DNA of 64,000 bases from Octopus sinensis. Its lineage: Eukaryota. The DNA lies in the NCBI RefSeq assembly GCF_006345805.1, contig NC_043000.1:147870001-147934000 (forward strand), read 5' to 3'. The notes beneath the pieces are model-generated. The model was given only the letters and a program-made list of their open reading frames with translations, was not told the DNA's origin and searched no databases. How positions within the stretch are numbered: position 1 is the stretch's first letter; every line of letters begins with the position of its first letter. A program made the translations under genes and the position numbers. Positions 24,571 to 37,302 of this stretch are shown here, piece after piece.

Positions 24571-25260
24571 GGTAACTATTTTTTCTTCTTTTTAACCACA
24601 AAAAAGGGTGAAATTTTGTTGTTATTTATATTTTTGTTCCAACTGTCTTTGCTATTCGTTTCTTATCTATAAAGAGAATGATTTGTTGTTTAGCTCTAAG
24701 TCACCCTTCATTGACCTTATCTAAGTTCAAACACATTTCAGTTATGGCCATCCTGTCTATTTGAATGTCAAGGGTAACATTATCTAATGTATCCCTTTGT
24801 TTTCTCTTGTTTTTTTTTTAAAGATAGTTTGACAGCTATTTGTAGAAGGTCAAGCAATTACAAAGACACTCTTTCATTTGCTTATGAAATGTGTCGGTCA
24901 TCATTTTAGAAAATACTTCCGATGGTTGGACCATGTATTGAAGTTTCTTGCAACAGACACAAATTAGATCCTTAATTGGATACACAAAGATACACTCGTA
25001 AATGAGTATTATTGTAATACAAGCAGTGTCATTCATTTCCAGTATTCTAAGCAAACATGTTTGGCCATGAGGAAATACTACCTTGCCTGGAAACAGGTGA
25101 GGGTTGGCAACAGGAAGAGCATGTCGCCATAGAAAATATGTCTCTATAAACTCTGACCCATGCAAGCATGGAAAAGTGGACGTTAAAACAATGATATTGA
25201 TGATAAAGATGACAATGGTTTTATTTCTACAAAGAAACATCTTAGAGGTTCTTAGAGTTA

Positions 25261-25558
25261 TCTTTATATATAAAAGTGAAGTTGTGTGTCTGTCTCCTAC
25301 GATTTAGATTCCTAACTACTCCCACATTTTGTGGTGCAGTTTAACCAAAAGCAGGTATCTTATAGTCGTGATTCATATCGAGCCCTTCTGGGTATTAGCG
25401 CGCATCTACGATGAGTCTACGATTTAAAAAAAAATTTACCATAATTTTTCCGCATTTTTAATGCATTTTCGCTCGGTTTATATAAGGGAAGTAACTCTAT
25501 AAATGCTTATATAGTTATTTCCCTTACAAACCCGTGCAACGCCAGGCGATACTGCTAG
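25261..25558 (+). mobile_element. Non-autonomous Helitron, copy 1
   Basis: A|TC 5' end, GC-rich subterminal CCCGTGCAACGCCAGGC, CTAG|T 3' end, no TSD. Confidence 0.85.
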
Positions 25559-26131
25559 TTAAATATAACACAGACACTAAAATACCAGAAATGTATAAAG
25601 ATATTAGAGAAGTAGTTTAGAGACAGAAAAGTTAAAATTGTGAATTACAAACTACATCACCTGAAACCAAGAACTTACAGACAAATGAAAATCCAAAATA
25701 TAAATCTGCATATTGTGAATGTCAAATGTTGAATAGATTGTTTGCTAGAGTTTCCAAACCAGTAACTTCAAATTAAACAGTTCCATCTTTGTAAGAGACA
25801 CCCCTGTTAAAAGGACAAACTGAAAGCTACTGGAAGAACTAGAAAAGGGCCACTGCAAATATGTTAAACAAAAACAATAGGAAAGTAATACTGCCATACT
25901 GGAAACACTCTTAAAGAAGATGGTAAACAGAAAACCTCTAGGCTAAGATCTGATAATAACAGGATTTGAGTTTAAAAAAATCTCACCCTTTATTGCTTAA
26001 ATTTGGTAACACTTTGGAAAAGTATCTGGGATATGTTAGATAATGGCTGAGAATTGCTATTACTCAACTTATTACAAAAAGTACCTAAATTATCTGAAGT
26101 AAAAATTATCATCCAGTAACCTGCCAGAACA

Positions 26132-26517
26132 TCTTTATATATAAAAGTGAAGTTGTGTGTCTGTCTCCTACGATTTAGATTCCTAACTACTCCCACATTT
26201 TGCGGTGCAGTTTAACCAAAACCGGGTATCTTATAGTCGTGATTCATATCGAGCCTGTCTGGGTATTAGCGTGCGCCTACGATGAGTCTACGATTTTAAA
26301 AATAATTTACCATCGTTTTTTACCATTTTAATGCATTTTTCGCTATTATATAAGGGAAGTAACTCTCTAAAAATGTCTACGATGAGTCAAAGATTTAAAA
26401 AAAAATTTACCATCATTTTTTTCCCATTTTTAATGCATTATTTTGCTATAACTCTCTAAAAATGCTTATATAGTTATTTCCCTTACAAACCCGAGCAACG
26501 CCAGGCGATACTGCTAG
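26132..26517 (+). mobile_element. Non-autonomous Helitron, copy 2 (internal ~85-bp module duplicated)
   Basis: A|TC ... CTAG|T; same family as 25261-25558. Confidence 0.85.
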
Positions 26518-27145
26518 TTATAATATAACACATGAGTGGATTATCAGTTTAATACAATTAGATAAAGTTCTGTAACCATTGGTAACTGCTACTCAATATC
26601 TCACCAAAGACTTATTACATCACTTAACTTCTCAGAGGTGATAACAAATAAATCAAATCTAATACCATACATTGCCTAAAAGGCATCCTGCAGGGCAATA
26701 TTTTCTAAGTACTGCTCTTGATCCTTTTCTTAAATTAATTACATACCTACTTACAAGACTATTGAAAAGGTTGCAAGGCGCAATGAAAAGTTTAGGAAAA
26801 TAAAAATAAAAAATAAGTGGGAATTTTACTGGTGAGTGTGTTACATTATAAGGCACAAAAAGAAAATGACTCTCCCCAGACACAACAGAATACTTACAAA
26901 ATGTTATCATTATAGAAATGAATCTAGAAATGATCCCCACCTTTTGCTTGTAGATAACCTGATGCCATATAAACCAAAATTTGATTACATCAAAAGGCGA
27001 TTGGATCGCAACACCCAATTTTCCACAGATATTGGAATGAAACTTGGTAAGTCCAAATATCTACATTTGATGGTAAAACATGAATATAAGAGCTTGTAAA
27101 TCACTCAGTATTACTGAAAATTTCAACATCAGTGAGGCTGTAGTT

Positions 27146-27393
27146 CAGTGCTTCTCAAGCATTCTTTACTTATGGATCCTCTTTGATTCCTATTTCACTT
27201 GGGTGAACCCTCCAGACTAGTCAATGTTTAAAGAATATTTTTATAATTGAATATTATTAGGAATTGTATAAAACAAATTCTTAAAACATTTTCCTTATTG
27301 TAGAAATATAAGCAATTTATTGCAGATAAATTTTAACAACAAAATCTCACATGGACCCTCAGGGGCCATATGAACTTTGGTTGAGAATCGCTG
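27146..27393. mobile_element. hAT (Charlie-like) MITE
   Basis: TIR CAGTGCTTCTCAA / TTGAGAATCGCTG; 8-bp flanks CTGTAGTT / ATGTAGAT (6 of 8 match). Confidence 0.7.
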
Positions 27394-27650
27394 ATGTAGA
27401 TCATTATATTTCCCATGCAAGGAGGATAGCTATGGCCTTATGGCTGTATTAACTTCATTCAAAACACTATAACACTAAAGCAACATCTCTAGCAGATGCA
27501 AAAGGTCATTAAGTTTTTGACTCAAATTTGCAAAGAAATAAAAACATTAGGAAATCAAATGAACTTGGAGGCATCAAATAAAAACTGGTGCAGATTCCAC
27601 TTTAAGGAATATGGGAAAATCCTGCTTAACAGAACAACTAGTAGACTAGT

Positions 27651-28034
27651 GTGGAGGCGCAATGGCCCAGTGGTTAGAGCAGCGGACTCGCGGTCATAGG
27701 ATCGCGGTTTCGATTCCCAGACCAGGCGTTGTGAGTGTTTATTGAGCGAAAACACCTAAAAGCACCACGAGGCTCCGGCAGGGATGGTGGTGATCCCTGC
27801 TGTACTCTTTCACCACAACTTTCTCTCACTCTTACTTCCTGTTTCTGTTGTACCCGTATTTCAAGGGGCCGGCCTTGTCACTCTGTGTCACACTGAATAT
27901 CCCCGAGAACTACGTTAAGGGTGCACGTGTCTGTGGAGTGCTCAGCCACTTACACGTTAATTTCATGAGCAGGCTGTTCTGTTGATTCGGATCAACCGGA
28001 ACCCTCATCGTCGTAACCGACGGAGTGCTTCCAC
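27651..28034 (+). mobile_element. Young tRNA-derived SINE (family D), single copy in window
   Basis: A box TGGCCCAGTGG, B box GGTTTCGATTCC, perfect 11-bp TSD AGTAGACTAGT (27640-50 and 28035-45), CpGs intact. Confidence 0.85.
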
Positions 28035-28516
28035 AGTAGACTAGTTCAATGAGAAAATTTTACACGGGTGTCTAAAACAAAACCTCAGTCCATAGTGAGA
28101 GTAAACCATAACAAAAGTCTGTTATGGAATTCTCACAGGTTTATAACATCTCAACTTGAAGGTTATCTCCATGCAAACCAGTAGCAAGTATTAACTGCAA
28201 ATATCAGCTACATAAAGACAAAAAGATAGAAGTAAACAGCTGATAACAAATGTAGGTTATGCAAAACCAAACTGATGTCATAGGCTACATTATTGTCAAC
28301 TATAAAAGAATATCATCTAGATATTACCTTCCCATGAGGTATGACATGGTAGCCAGAACAACCTGGAATAGAGTGAGAAAAAAATGGTTGGTGTTAAGAA
28401 GGGCAGAAACCAGTAGAAACCATACCAAAGCAGACACTTGAGGACAATACAATACTTGGGCTCATTGAATCCAGTGAAACTATCCACTCCATGCCAGCAT
28501 AAAACATTGACATTAA

Positions 28517-28736
28517 CCCTTTAGTTACTATATTTATTTTGAGGTGCTCTGTGTTTCTTTCAATTAATTTTAAATGTAACAAAGAATTTAGTAAAATAAC
28601 TTAGTTATCATTCAGCTAGTGTTAGGATCATAAATTGTGACTGAGGTTTGGTGGAAGATTTTAATTCAAAACTTATGAAAATAAAACTTTCACTACAGAG
28701 ACAGAGGCACTTTCAGCCGGGTTGGTAACAAAAGGG
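28517..28736. mobile_element. piggyBac-like MITE PB1 (opposite orientation to 12687)
   Basis: TTAA flanks, TIRs, 220 bp. Confidence 0.85.
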
Positions 28737-30168
28737 TTAAATGATGATGTTGTAATGATGATGATATTGAAACTGACTGATCAAAAGTATAGGTAGAACC
28801 TATGAATAAAAACAGCAACCAAATTAAGATGCGCCTGACCTGATATTGGTATTAGGGACCAGAACAAAGCATGTTATGCTGTAGTTATATACAGGTAAAA
28901 ATGAAAATGAAGATATCTACAAACTATTGATAAAATACTTGCAAATCCAGTATTAAAAATACTTTCATCTGTGTACTCATAACTTTTGGAACAATAGGAT
29001 ATATACCAACCTACTTGGATTCTTGGAGAAAGAATGCAACTCCATAATTCACACACAACTAAAAAAGCGATGATGATCTCTGGGACAATAAAAATCTGTG
29101 AGACCTTTTAAAAATTTAAAAGTTGAATATTTGTGCAAAGGATGAAGAGAACAAAGCCTTTTTTTCTTTACAACTTTGCTACCAAAATATCCAAGTGGAA
29201 TGAAACTATGGAAACGAAAAATCAAAGACAAAACGGGCAGAAGTGCTAAAATGACATCTCAGGATGTTGAACCACACAAAACAGATGATAAGGGAATGCA
29301 ACAATCGGAGAAGCACCATGTTTGAAACGACCTAATTCATGCAAGCAAGGTAAAGTAGACATAAAACTAATGATGAAGATAATGATGATGATGATGATGG
29401 GGGTGACATAGAAAGAAAGGAAGAAATAAATTCTCAACTATAGTATGATCTATAGATCTTTTTCTATGATCTAAAAGAGTTAGATCATATCTCTTTGTGT
29501 TTATGATCTAAATGCAAAGATTATGACATCTGTTTGAACATGACTTTCATTTTTATCTGAATGGTATTCACTGGTTCCATTGTTCTTCAGATTGTTTCTA
29601 TAAGATTCTGGCACGTTGAGCAAAAACATAAACCTTATGCTAACAGAAACCTGTGCCATATAAAAGAGTTCAAAGAGCAATGTAAAATACTAAAACAATT
29701 TATATGAGGGCAGTGGAAGTAAATTTGTGTATTGAACTCAGCTTGGCATCTTGAGTTCTGTGACTACAAGAATAATTTATATATTCAAAGTAATGTTCTA
29801 AATCTGGGACTTATGATTATTCTACAGAAAAACTAAGTTAAAAACAATGTTTTTTTTTCTAGTTAATGTGAGTAAAGAACAATAAATGTTAGTTACTAAC
29901 ACTGGTGCAATGTCACAGAAATAATCAATTCTTCAGTCCCAGTACTCGTCTAATACTTTAACAACCTGAGGAGGATAGAAGGCAAAACTAATCTTGACAG
30001 GATTAGAACTCATAGTACTAAGAGCCATCAATTAGATACCATTATGTATTTTCCTTGATGCAATAACTATTTGGCCAATAAATAGTGATAAATCATGAAC
30101 ATTGAATTTATCAAATTTCTGTTGAAATACACTACCTTTATTTTGATTAATTTAAAAATAATCAAGTA

Positions 30169-30570
30169 GGCGTAGGAGTGGCTGTGTGGTAAGTAGCTTG
30201 CTTACGAACCGCATGGTTTTGGATTCAGTCCCACTGCATGGCGCCTTGGGCAAGTGTCTTCTACTATAGCCTCGGGCCGACCAATGCCTTGTGAGTGGAT
30301 TTGGTAGACGGAAACTGAAAGAAGCCCATCGTATATATGTATATATATATGTATGTATGTGTGTGTGCATATGTTTGTGTGTCTGTGTTTGTACCCCCAA
30401 CATCACTTGACAACCGATGCTGGTGTGTTTATGTCCCTGTAACTTAGCAGTTTGGCAAAAGAGACCGATAGAATGAGTACTAGGCTTACAAAGAATAAGT
30501 CCTGTGGTCAATTTGCTCGACTGGTGCTCCAGCATGGCCACAGTCAAATGACTGAAACAAATAAAAGAGT
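30169..30570 (+). mobile_element. tRNA-derived SINE family A, full length
   Basis: Head GGCGTAGGAGTGGCTGTGTGGTAAG, B-box-like segment, internal (TA)/(TG) tract, tail CCAGCATGGCCACAGTCAAATGACTGAAAC. Confidence 0.9.
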
Positions 30571-30877
30571 ATTTAGTAAAATAACTTTATTGCTATTAAG
30601 CTAGGGTTTGACACTTAAATTCACATGAAATTTTGATGGACAGTTTTAATTTGGAACGCCTTGAACATGAAGTGTATATCATAAAACCAGGGAAAGTCTC
30701 ATGCAGGCTGGTATTAAAATGGTTACATTTATACTGAACTAAGAATGATACAGTACTATGACCATACCTTTCCCATTGGTATCAACCCTGTAAATAAAAT
30801 GGTTACAACAAGGAATTGAACCAAGTTGTATTGCATTACTTGGCTTACCAAGAACTTATTTCTACTTTGCTGTAGAA

Positions 30878-31027
30878 GGAGTGGTTGGTGTTAGGAAGGG
30901 CATCCAGCCGTAGAAACATTGCCAGATCAGACTGGGCCTGGTGCAGCCTTCTGGCTTCCCAGACCCCAGTTGAACCGTCCAACCCATGCTAGCATGGAAA
31001 GCGGACGCTAAATGAAGATGATGATGA
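30878..31027 (+). mobile_element. Family C retroposon, 5'-truncated
   Basis: Body plus (GAT)n tail. Confidence 0.85.
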
Positions 31028-32299
31028 ATGATGTACTTTCTGAAATATGATTGCTAACTTAGGTACAAGGATATGAAACACAGAAAAAAATATAGCTGAT
31101 TAAATCAACTGTAGTATATGATTGTTACTTATTGACCTCGGGCAAAATATGAATTCAGAATCCAAAAGCATGAAATCAAATATAACAAGATATCTCGTAT
31201 GTTGCTCAACTGATTCTGCTAGTCTCTCTCTCTCTACCTTCTTGCACTTACTAAACTATGAAAAAAATATTTAAGGCAAAAAAAAAAAATGATTTAGTCA
31301 TATGATCTTTAATATTTAATACAACATGCAGCACAGCAATTAGCTTTAAGTATGTTTAAATCAAGAAGAAAAAAAAAGGGAGAGGCATGAATGGAACACA
31401 CTGGATGATGGAAATAATCAGGAAAATGGAAAACTTGGAGCTTATTCAAATGCTTCATACATTGAAAGTTAAGTGTTCTAAGGGAATTCATAAGCAGTTG
31501 GTGTTATGTGCTTCTTGAATTTTTATAGCATTTTTCTTTGTTAAAAGAAAAAAAAGAGACAATTTTCCTAAAGGTAAATTGAAGAAATATTAATAGCAAA
31601 ATTCAATCTACATATATTTTGTCAGAGGCATATTTAAATAAATCAGAATTACTCTTTAGTTTATTTTTTAAAAAAACTTTTTGTTCTATTTTCATAAAAA
31701 CTTGTGAAAGTTCTAAATATATTTTGTTGAGAAAATGTTCATAAAAATTGGCATAGAATTAAAGTAGCATTTATGTGCATTATGGAATTTATATCACATA
31801 TGAAAAATGGTATTTATTTTGTGGGAAAAGCCTAGGAGAAGGCACTCTGAAACCAAACCTATAGTTGATGTAGCTACCAATCATCTTGCAATGCTCATCA
31901 CAGGATTCCAATCACAGATATTTAGAGTTAGATGTGTGTTATAGAAGCATATATCACTTTAATTGATGTGCAATTGTTTCATTTTGTTTGGTTCATCTTG
32001 TCTCTCTATCAAAGTCCTTTGACGCTGTTGGAGTGGCAACCATTTGGAGGCATACAGTTATGAATCTATACACAAGGTGATAGGAAACGTAACCTAATGT
32101 AATTGTCATGTTTCCATGTACAGAAATAGCTTTGGTTGAGTTTCCTGTGTCTGTTTAAAAGAGTACCATTCATTCAGTCATTTTGTGTGTGGGAAGGCAC
32201 TAGAAAAAGTGCCTGTTCAACTGTGCAGGTTAGTTCAGAGCAACTAACGATGGTTCATTAAAAACATCTGCTGGTGGTAAGTAAAAACCCTCCAAGATC

Positions 32300-34100
32300 A
32301 TGCAGAATGTCCTGAATGTGAGACTGTATGTGTTACTTAAAAACTGCAATGTCTCAACATAGATACAATAGCACTTTTAGAAACCCAGCTTTCTGGTGAA
32401 GTCCATTTGACAGAAGATTTATTTGGGTTCAAAATATTCTGGGTTTTCTGGGTTGGAAAATAAAAGGGTATTAGAAGATTTGTTGTATTAGAAGATTTGA
32501 ATGACCAAATAGCATAACTGATCAAATAATGGAAATGAAAATACCTCTCACATGTGCTCATTATGTCTTCATTCATTCTGTGTATGCACAAACTCTTCAA
32601 GGCAAACAAAGACACAATTTTATCTTTCTATGAGTTACTCCAGAATATCAATTTTGTTACACCTACACATGAAAATCATCTTATTGATCTGGGAGAATTT
32701 AATGCTCATACTAGCACTTGTGCTTGTGAAATATTCGAGCGAGGTCGTCGCCAGTGCCGCTGAACTGGCTCCTGTGCAGGTGGCACGTAAAAAGCACTAT
32801 TTGGGCGTGGCCATTGCCAGTACCACCAAACTGGCACGTAAAAGCACACACTACACTCTCGGAGTGGTTGGCATTAGGAAGGGCATCCAGCTGTAGAAAC
32901 TCTGCCAGATCAGATTGGAACCTGGTGCAGCCATCTGGTTCGCCAGACCTTAGTCAAATCGTCCAACCCATGCCAGCATGGAAAGCGAATGTTAAATGAT
33001 GATGATGATGATGTTGGCAGGAAATTTCACATTTGGAGTTCACATGGCTGCCATAGCATTGGTCATAAGAACAGTAATAGATTGCATTTCAACTTTGTTC
33101 TGAAAATTAATTTAAACATTTCTAATACTTTTCCATCATCACCATTTAAAACCAGGCACAAATTAAGACATAAAATAACATGGACACATCTGTAATCAAG
33201 GCAAGGTTACAGTATTGATTTTATTCTCACTCAAAAGTCTGATACGCATGACATCTGTAATCTACATACTTTAAGTGGTAAAGACTGTAACAGTGATGAT
33301 AAACTAGAATTAGTTTAGTTCAAATTTCAGATTTGTAAGAAAATTCATATGAATAGTGCAAAGGCATGAAAGTGAACTGATGCTAATAAATTAACTCAAT
33401 TAGATACTTTGGTATTTACACAAAATAAGTTAAATGATATATGTTTTGATGGAAGAATTTCACAGATCAGGTTTATGATTTCGGCATTACTATCTTGGGA
33501 ATCAATAGACACACAGAGGTTAGTCTGACAATAACAATGAAATATGTCACCTCTGGAAGAAAAAAAACAAGGTTTTATTTTATCCCAGTACAAAGATTAT
33601 GAAGTCCTTATAACTCCTATAAGTCACAGAAAGCAGAGCTGTAGTGAAATTTAAAAAGATTGAAAATACTTGGCAGTCAGAAATATCATTTCTTGGCTAA
33701 GCAACTTCAGGAGAGTGAATTGCACATTAGGTACCACTCTATCTGTATTTGTTGTCCTTACTAAAGCCTTTGACATAGTCAACAGAAACGCTTTGTGGGT
33801 GATCTTTCACAAACTCTGCTGTTCACATCAAAATTTGCATGCGTGATGAAAGAATTGGGCCAAAAATGAAAACTGGGGTTGCATTTTATGCAGAGCTTCC
33901 CGAAGAGATGACCGTAGACAATGGATTATTATAAGGTGACATTGTTTTCGCTATATTTTACTGCACAGCTATCTTATAACTTTCAAAACTGCAATGAAGG
34001 TATTGAAATTAGATTTCATACTCTGGGAAAGATTTTCAATTTATGACATTTTAAAAGTAAATTCAAGAGCTTTCTGGCTCTACTTAGAGAACTCTGTGTG
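32300..34100 (+). mobile_element. Decayed RTE (BovB-like) LINE
   Basis: APE-like SFYELLQNI..HLIDLGEFNAH (32554-32710); RT-like VFVVLTKAFDIVNRNALW (33745) and EGIEIRFHTLGKIFNL (33996). Interrupted by a family C copy; boundaries approximate. Confidence 0.7.
32725..33013 (+). mobile_element. Family C retroposon
   Basis: Two 5' modules, body, (GAT)n tail. Confidence 0.85.
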
Positions 34101-34304
34101 TGTGTGACCCTCACTACTGCTAAATGATTTTATTCTAGATGTTAAAGACAATGACTCAGCAATACCCATGCTGAAATCTAAACACAATAACAGCTTGCAC
34201 AGCACTGCTAAGACTCTCACCTACACAACCAAGTAGTCTATAAACAGCAAGAGCAAAATCTCTAGCTTTGCAATGAGGTGGGTGTTATTTTCGAATTTTC
34301 TTCT

Positions 34305-34567
34305 AGCCTCGTCTGGCCCCCGTGCCGGTGGAACGTAAAAAGCACCATCCAATCGTGGCCGTTTGCCAGCCTCGTCTGGCACCTGTGCAGGTGGCACATA
34401 AAAAGCACCCACTACACTCTCGGAGTGGTTGGCATTAGGAAGGGCATCAAGCTGTAGAAACACTGCCAGATCAGACTGGGCCTGGCGCAGCCTTCTGGCT
34501 TCCTAGACACCAGTTGAACCGTCCAACCCATGCCAGCATGGAAAGCGGACGTTAAACGATGATGATA
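34305..34567 (+). mobile_element. Family C retroposon
   Basis: Two 5' modules, body, (GAT)n tail. Confidence 0.85.
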
Positions 34568-35232
34568 ATATCTAAACAAAGACTAGGATCTCTTACTCCC
34601 AGCTGTTGGATGGCTGTTGACTTTAATGAGCTCATTCATCCTTTGATAAGTTTTATTTTTCATCCAGAAGAGTGTTCAATGAAAACCCACCTTCCTTACT
34701 AAACAGGCTTAGTAGGGTGGCTGGTTTAGTCACCAATGGCTCAACTGCGCAAGAGGTTGTACAGTGTTACATGTTACCAGTAGTACTAAAAGTGACCTGA
34801 CAATATACATACATCATCTCTCTCACACACATATTTCTGCATGATCTCCATAAAAATGGTGGCAGCACCAACACCATCACCACCACCACCGCAACCAACA
34901 ACAACCATCACTGCCGCCACCACCAATAATGACTGTACTTGATAACATGACAGTAAAAAACAAAGAATACCAAGTCTGAGAGAATCAATCAATTGATCTA
35001 TTTCATATGAAATACAATACTTGCCAAGAAAGTGCAAGGAAATAACAACTAAAGAATATCTGATTCTCTTGATTTTTTACAAAAAGGAAATAATCAACAC
35101 AACAACTTATGGGTCAAAGAGCTTATATTGCTCTCTTTACAAAGTTCATATGCAGCAGTAAAGGTTAAAAGAGAACCACCATACTAATATGTGTAGATTC
35201 ACACAAATGGGTGTGTGTTGTGTGTGTGTGCG

Positions 35233-35265
<33 letters not shown>

Positions 35266-35322
35266 GAAGTGTGCTTCTTAACCACACAGCTATGGCTGTC
35301 CCTATATCTGTCTGTCTATATA

Positions 35323-35373
<51 letters not shown>

Positions 35374-35732
35374 CTGAAGGACCCTACCCACTTCAGGCAA
35401 ATGGCCCAGCTCAACATGTAGGAAAGATGTAGTCAGAAATTCCAGATGTTGTACAAACAAAAAAAAAGGAGAAAAAATTTTTTTTTAATGCGCAAGTGTC
35501 TTTTTGTCTGTGCTTGTTCTCCCCGCATAACTGCTTAACAACCAGTCTTTACAAGTAACATAACACTTCAGCAAAAGAGATCAATAGAATAAGTACCAGA
35601 CTTGAAAAACAAATTGGGGGATAGTTTGTTTGGCTAAAATTTTTCAAGATAGTGCCCCTGCATGGCCACAGTCCAGTGAGTGAAACAAGTAAAACAGGAA
35701 CAAGATACAAACACTCAACCATATGTGTGTGT

Positions 35733-35925
35733 GCTGGTACCACATAAAAAGCACCCAGTACAACTCTGTGGAGTGGTTGGCATTAGGAAGGGCATCGAGC
35801 CATAGAAACCAAGCCAAACAGACTATGGAACCTGGTGCAGTCTATGGCCTCGCCAGTTCCTGTCAAGATGTCCAACCCATGCCAGCATGGAAAACAGGTG
35901 TTAAATGTTGATGAGGATGATGATG
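35733..35925 (+). mobile_element. Family C retroposon, diverged
   Basis: Body plus (GAT)n-like tail. Confidence 0.75.
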
Positions 35926-36304
35926 TATGTATATATACATGTGTGTGTGTGTATATATGCATGTATGCACATATATCATCATTTTAATATCCACTTTTCA
36001 AAGCATACATGTATTGGACAGAATTCACAGAAGCAGATTTTCTATAACCAGGTGCCCTTCCTGTTTCCAAAATTCACAAGTTTCCAAGCATATCCATGGC
36101 TGGACAAGTTTTATACAAAATTGGCAAAACAAACAACACTATTTGTATGATGGCACCATTTGTTTACTACATCATGATATCAAGACAAAGACACATACAT
36201 GGTGAAAATCTACTCATGACCAATTAACACCACTTCCTAAACTCAGTAAGTCCATGCAAACGTTCTGAGAGTCCAAAAAGTTCTTGAGCATGAATTTGTT
36301 TTCA

Positions 36305-36708
36305 ATGAATAAAACCAGCATCACCTTACTGGCACTCGAGCCCCGTGCTAGTAGGGTATTAAGAGCAGCATCCGAGCGTGATCGTTGCCAGAGTGGCTAT
36401 CAGGCGTCCATGCTGGTGGCATGTAAAAGACACCACTTAAGCGTGATCGTTACCAGCATCGCCTTACTGGCATCTGTGCCAGTGGCATGTGTAAAAGATT
36501 CGAGCGAGGTCGTTGCCAGTACTGCCTGACTGGCACAAAAAAAGCACCCACTACACTCTCAGAGTGGTTGGCATTAGGAAGGGCATCAAGCTGTAGAAAC
36601 TCTGCCAGATCAAGATTGGAGCCTGGTGCAGCCATCTGGTTTGCCAGTCTTCAGTCAAATCATCCAACCCATGCTAGCATGGAAAGCGGACGTTAAACAA
36701 TGATGATG
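36305..36708 (+). mobile_element. Family C retroposon with variant 5' modules
   Basis: Repeated CCAGCATC.CCTTACTGGCA and GGTGGCATGTAAAA modules, body, tail. Confidence 0.8.
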
Positions 36709-36897
36709 AAAGTGTTGCACAGCACTAACCCACTTTTCAACATAATCAATTATAAAATCAGTGGCACAACAGAAAATGAGGCGACCAGAAACCAACTGCA
36801 CATCAGGTTTTTTTTGTACAAGTTTACTTCTCTTAGAAGAAAGTTCTAACAAGAATTGGGGATCCTTCACTCCCAGTGGTTCGCATGTTAATTAGCC

Positions 36898-37302
36898 AGA
36901 TCTTTACCTTTTGACCTACAGATTTTTTAAAATAATTTTTTGTAACTAAACACTTTCAAATTTTGGACACTGGTAGAATGTGTCATATAAAACATCTTTT
37001 ATTCTTAGCATTTTTGAGAAAAACTTATATTTATGAAGTAATTTCACGTTAAAGTAGTCCTATTTCAGTAATTTCAACCAATCAATGATGTGTATTCAGA
37101 TGAAAAAATTACTGCAGTTGTTTGTCAACAAGAACTTCTGGTGGTGTATTTTTCATTTGTTACTGTTATTTATGACAACCCTAACCCTAAAACCTTAACC
37201 CTAACCCTAACCCTGAAACCCTATTCTACCAGTGTCCGAAGTTTGAACGTGTTTAATTACAAAAAATTTTTTTTTAATCTGTAGGTCAAAAGGTAAAGAT
37301 CC
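36898..37302. mobile_element. MITE with ~90-bp TIRs, 8-bp TSD and internal telomeric (CCCTAA)n
   Basis: TSD AATTAGCC at 36890-97 and 37303-10; termini AGATCTTTACC / GGTAAAGATCC; CCCTAA-type repeats about 37178-37220. Confidence 0.8.

Larger units (their letters stand above)
25570..29080 (+). mobile_element. Highly decayed R4/Dong-like (restriction-like endonuclease) LINE carrying four nested insertions
   Basis: Ordered motifs: KPLG*D..GFEFKK (25932), NYHPVTCQN (26104), KGILQG (26679), HLLLVDNL..FSTDIGMKLG (ORF 26836-27099), KCRLC (28248), *PDIGIRD (28836). This is the RT, CCHC, PD..D order expected for the group. Confidence 0.7.

Noticed and set aside
27651-27725. tRNA-like sequence with A and B boxes (also the heads of SINE A and B)
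   Set aside because: It continues into a SINE body bounded by a TSD, and I could not fold a complete cloverleaf.
37178-37225. Telomeric repeats as a chromosome end or fusion scar
   Set aside because: They are internal to a TSD-bounded MITE and recur in the 61.9-kb family member.
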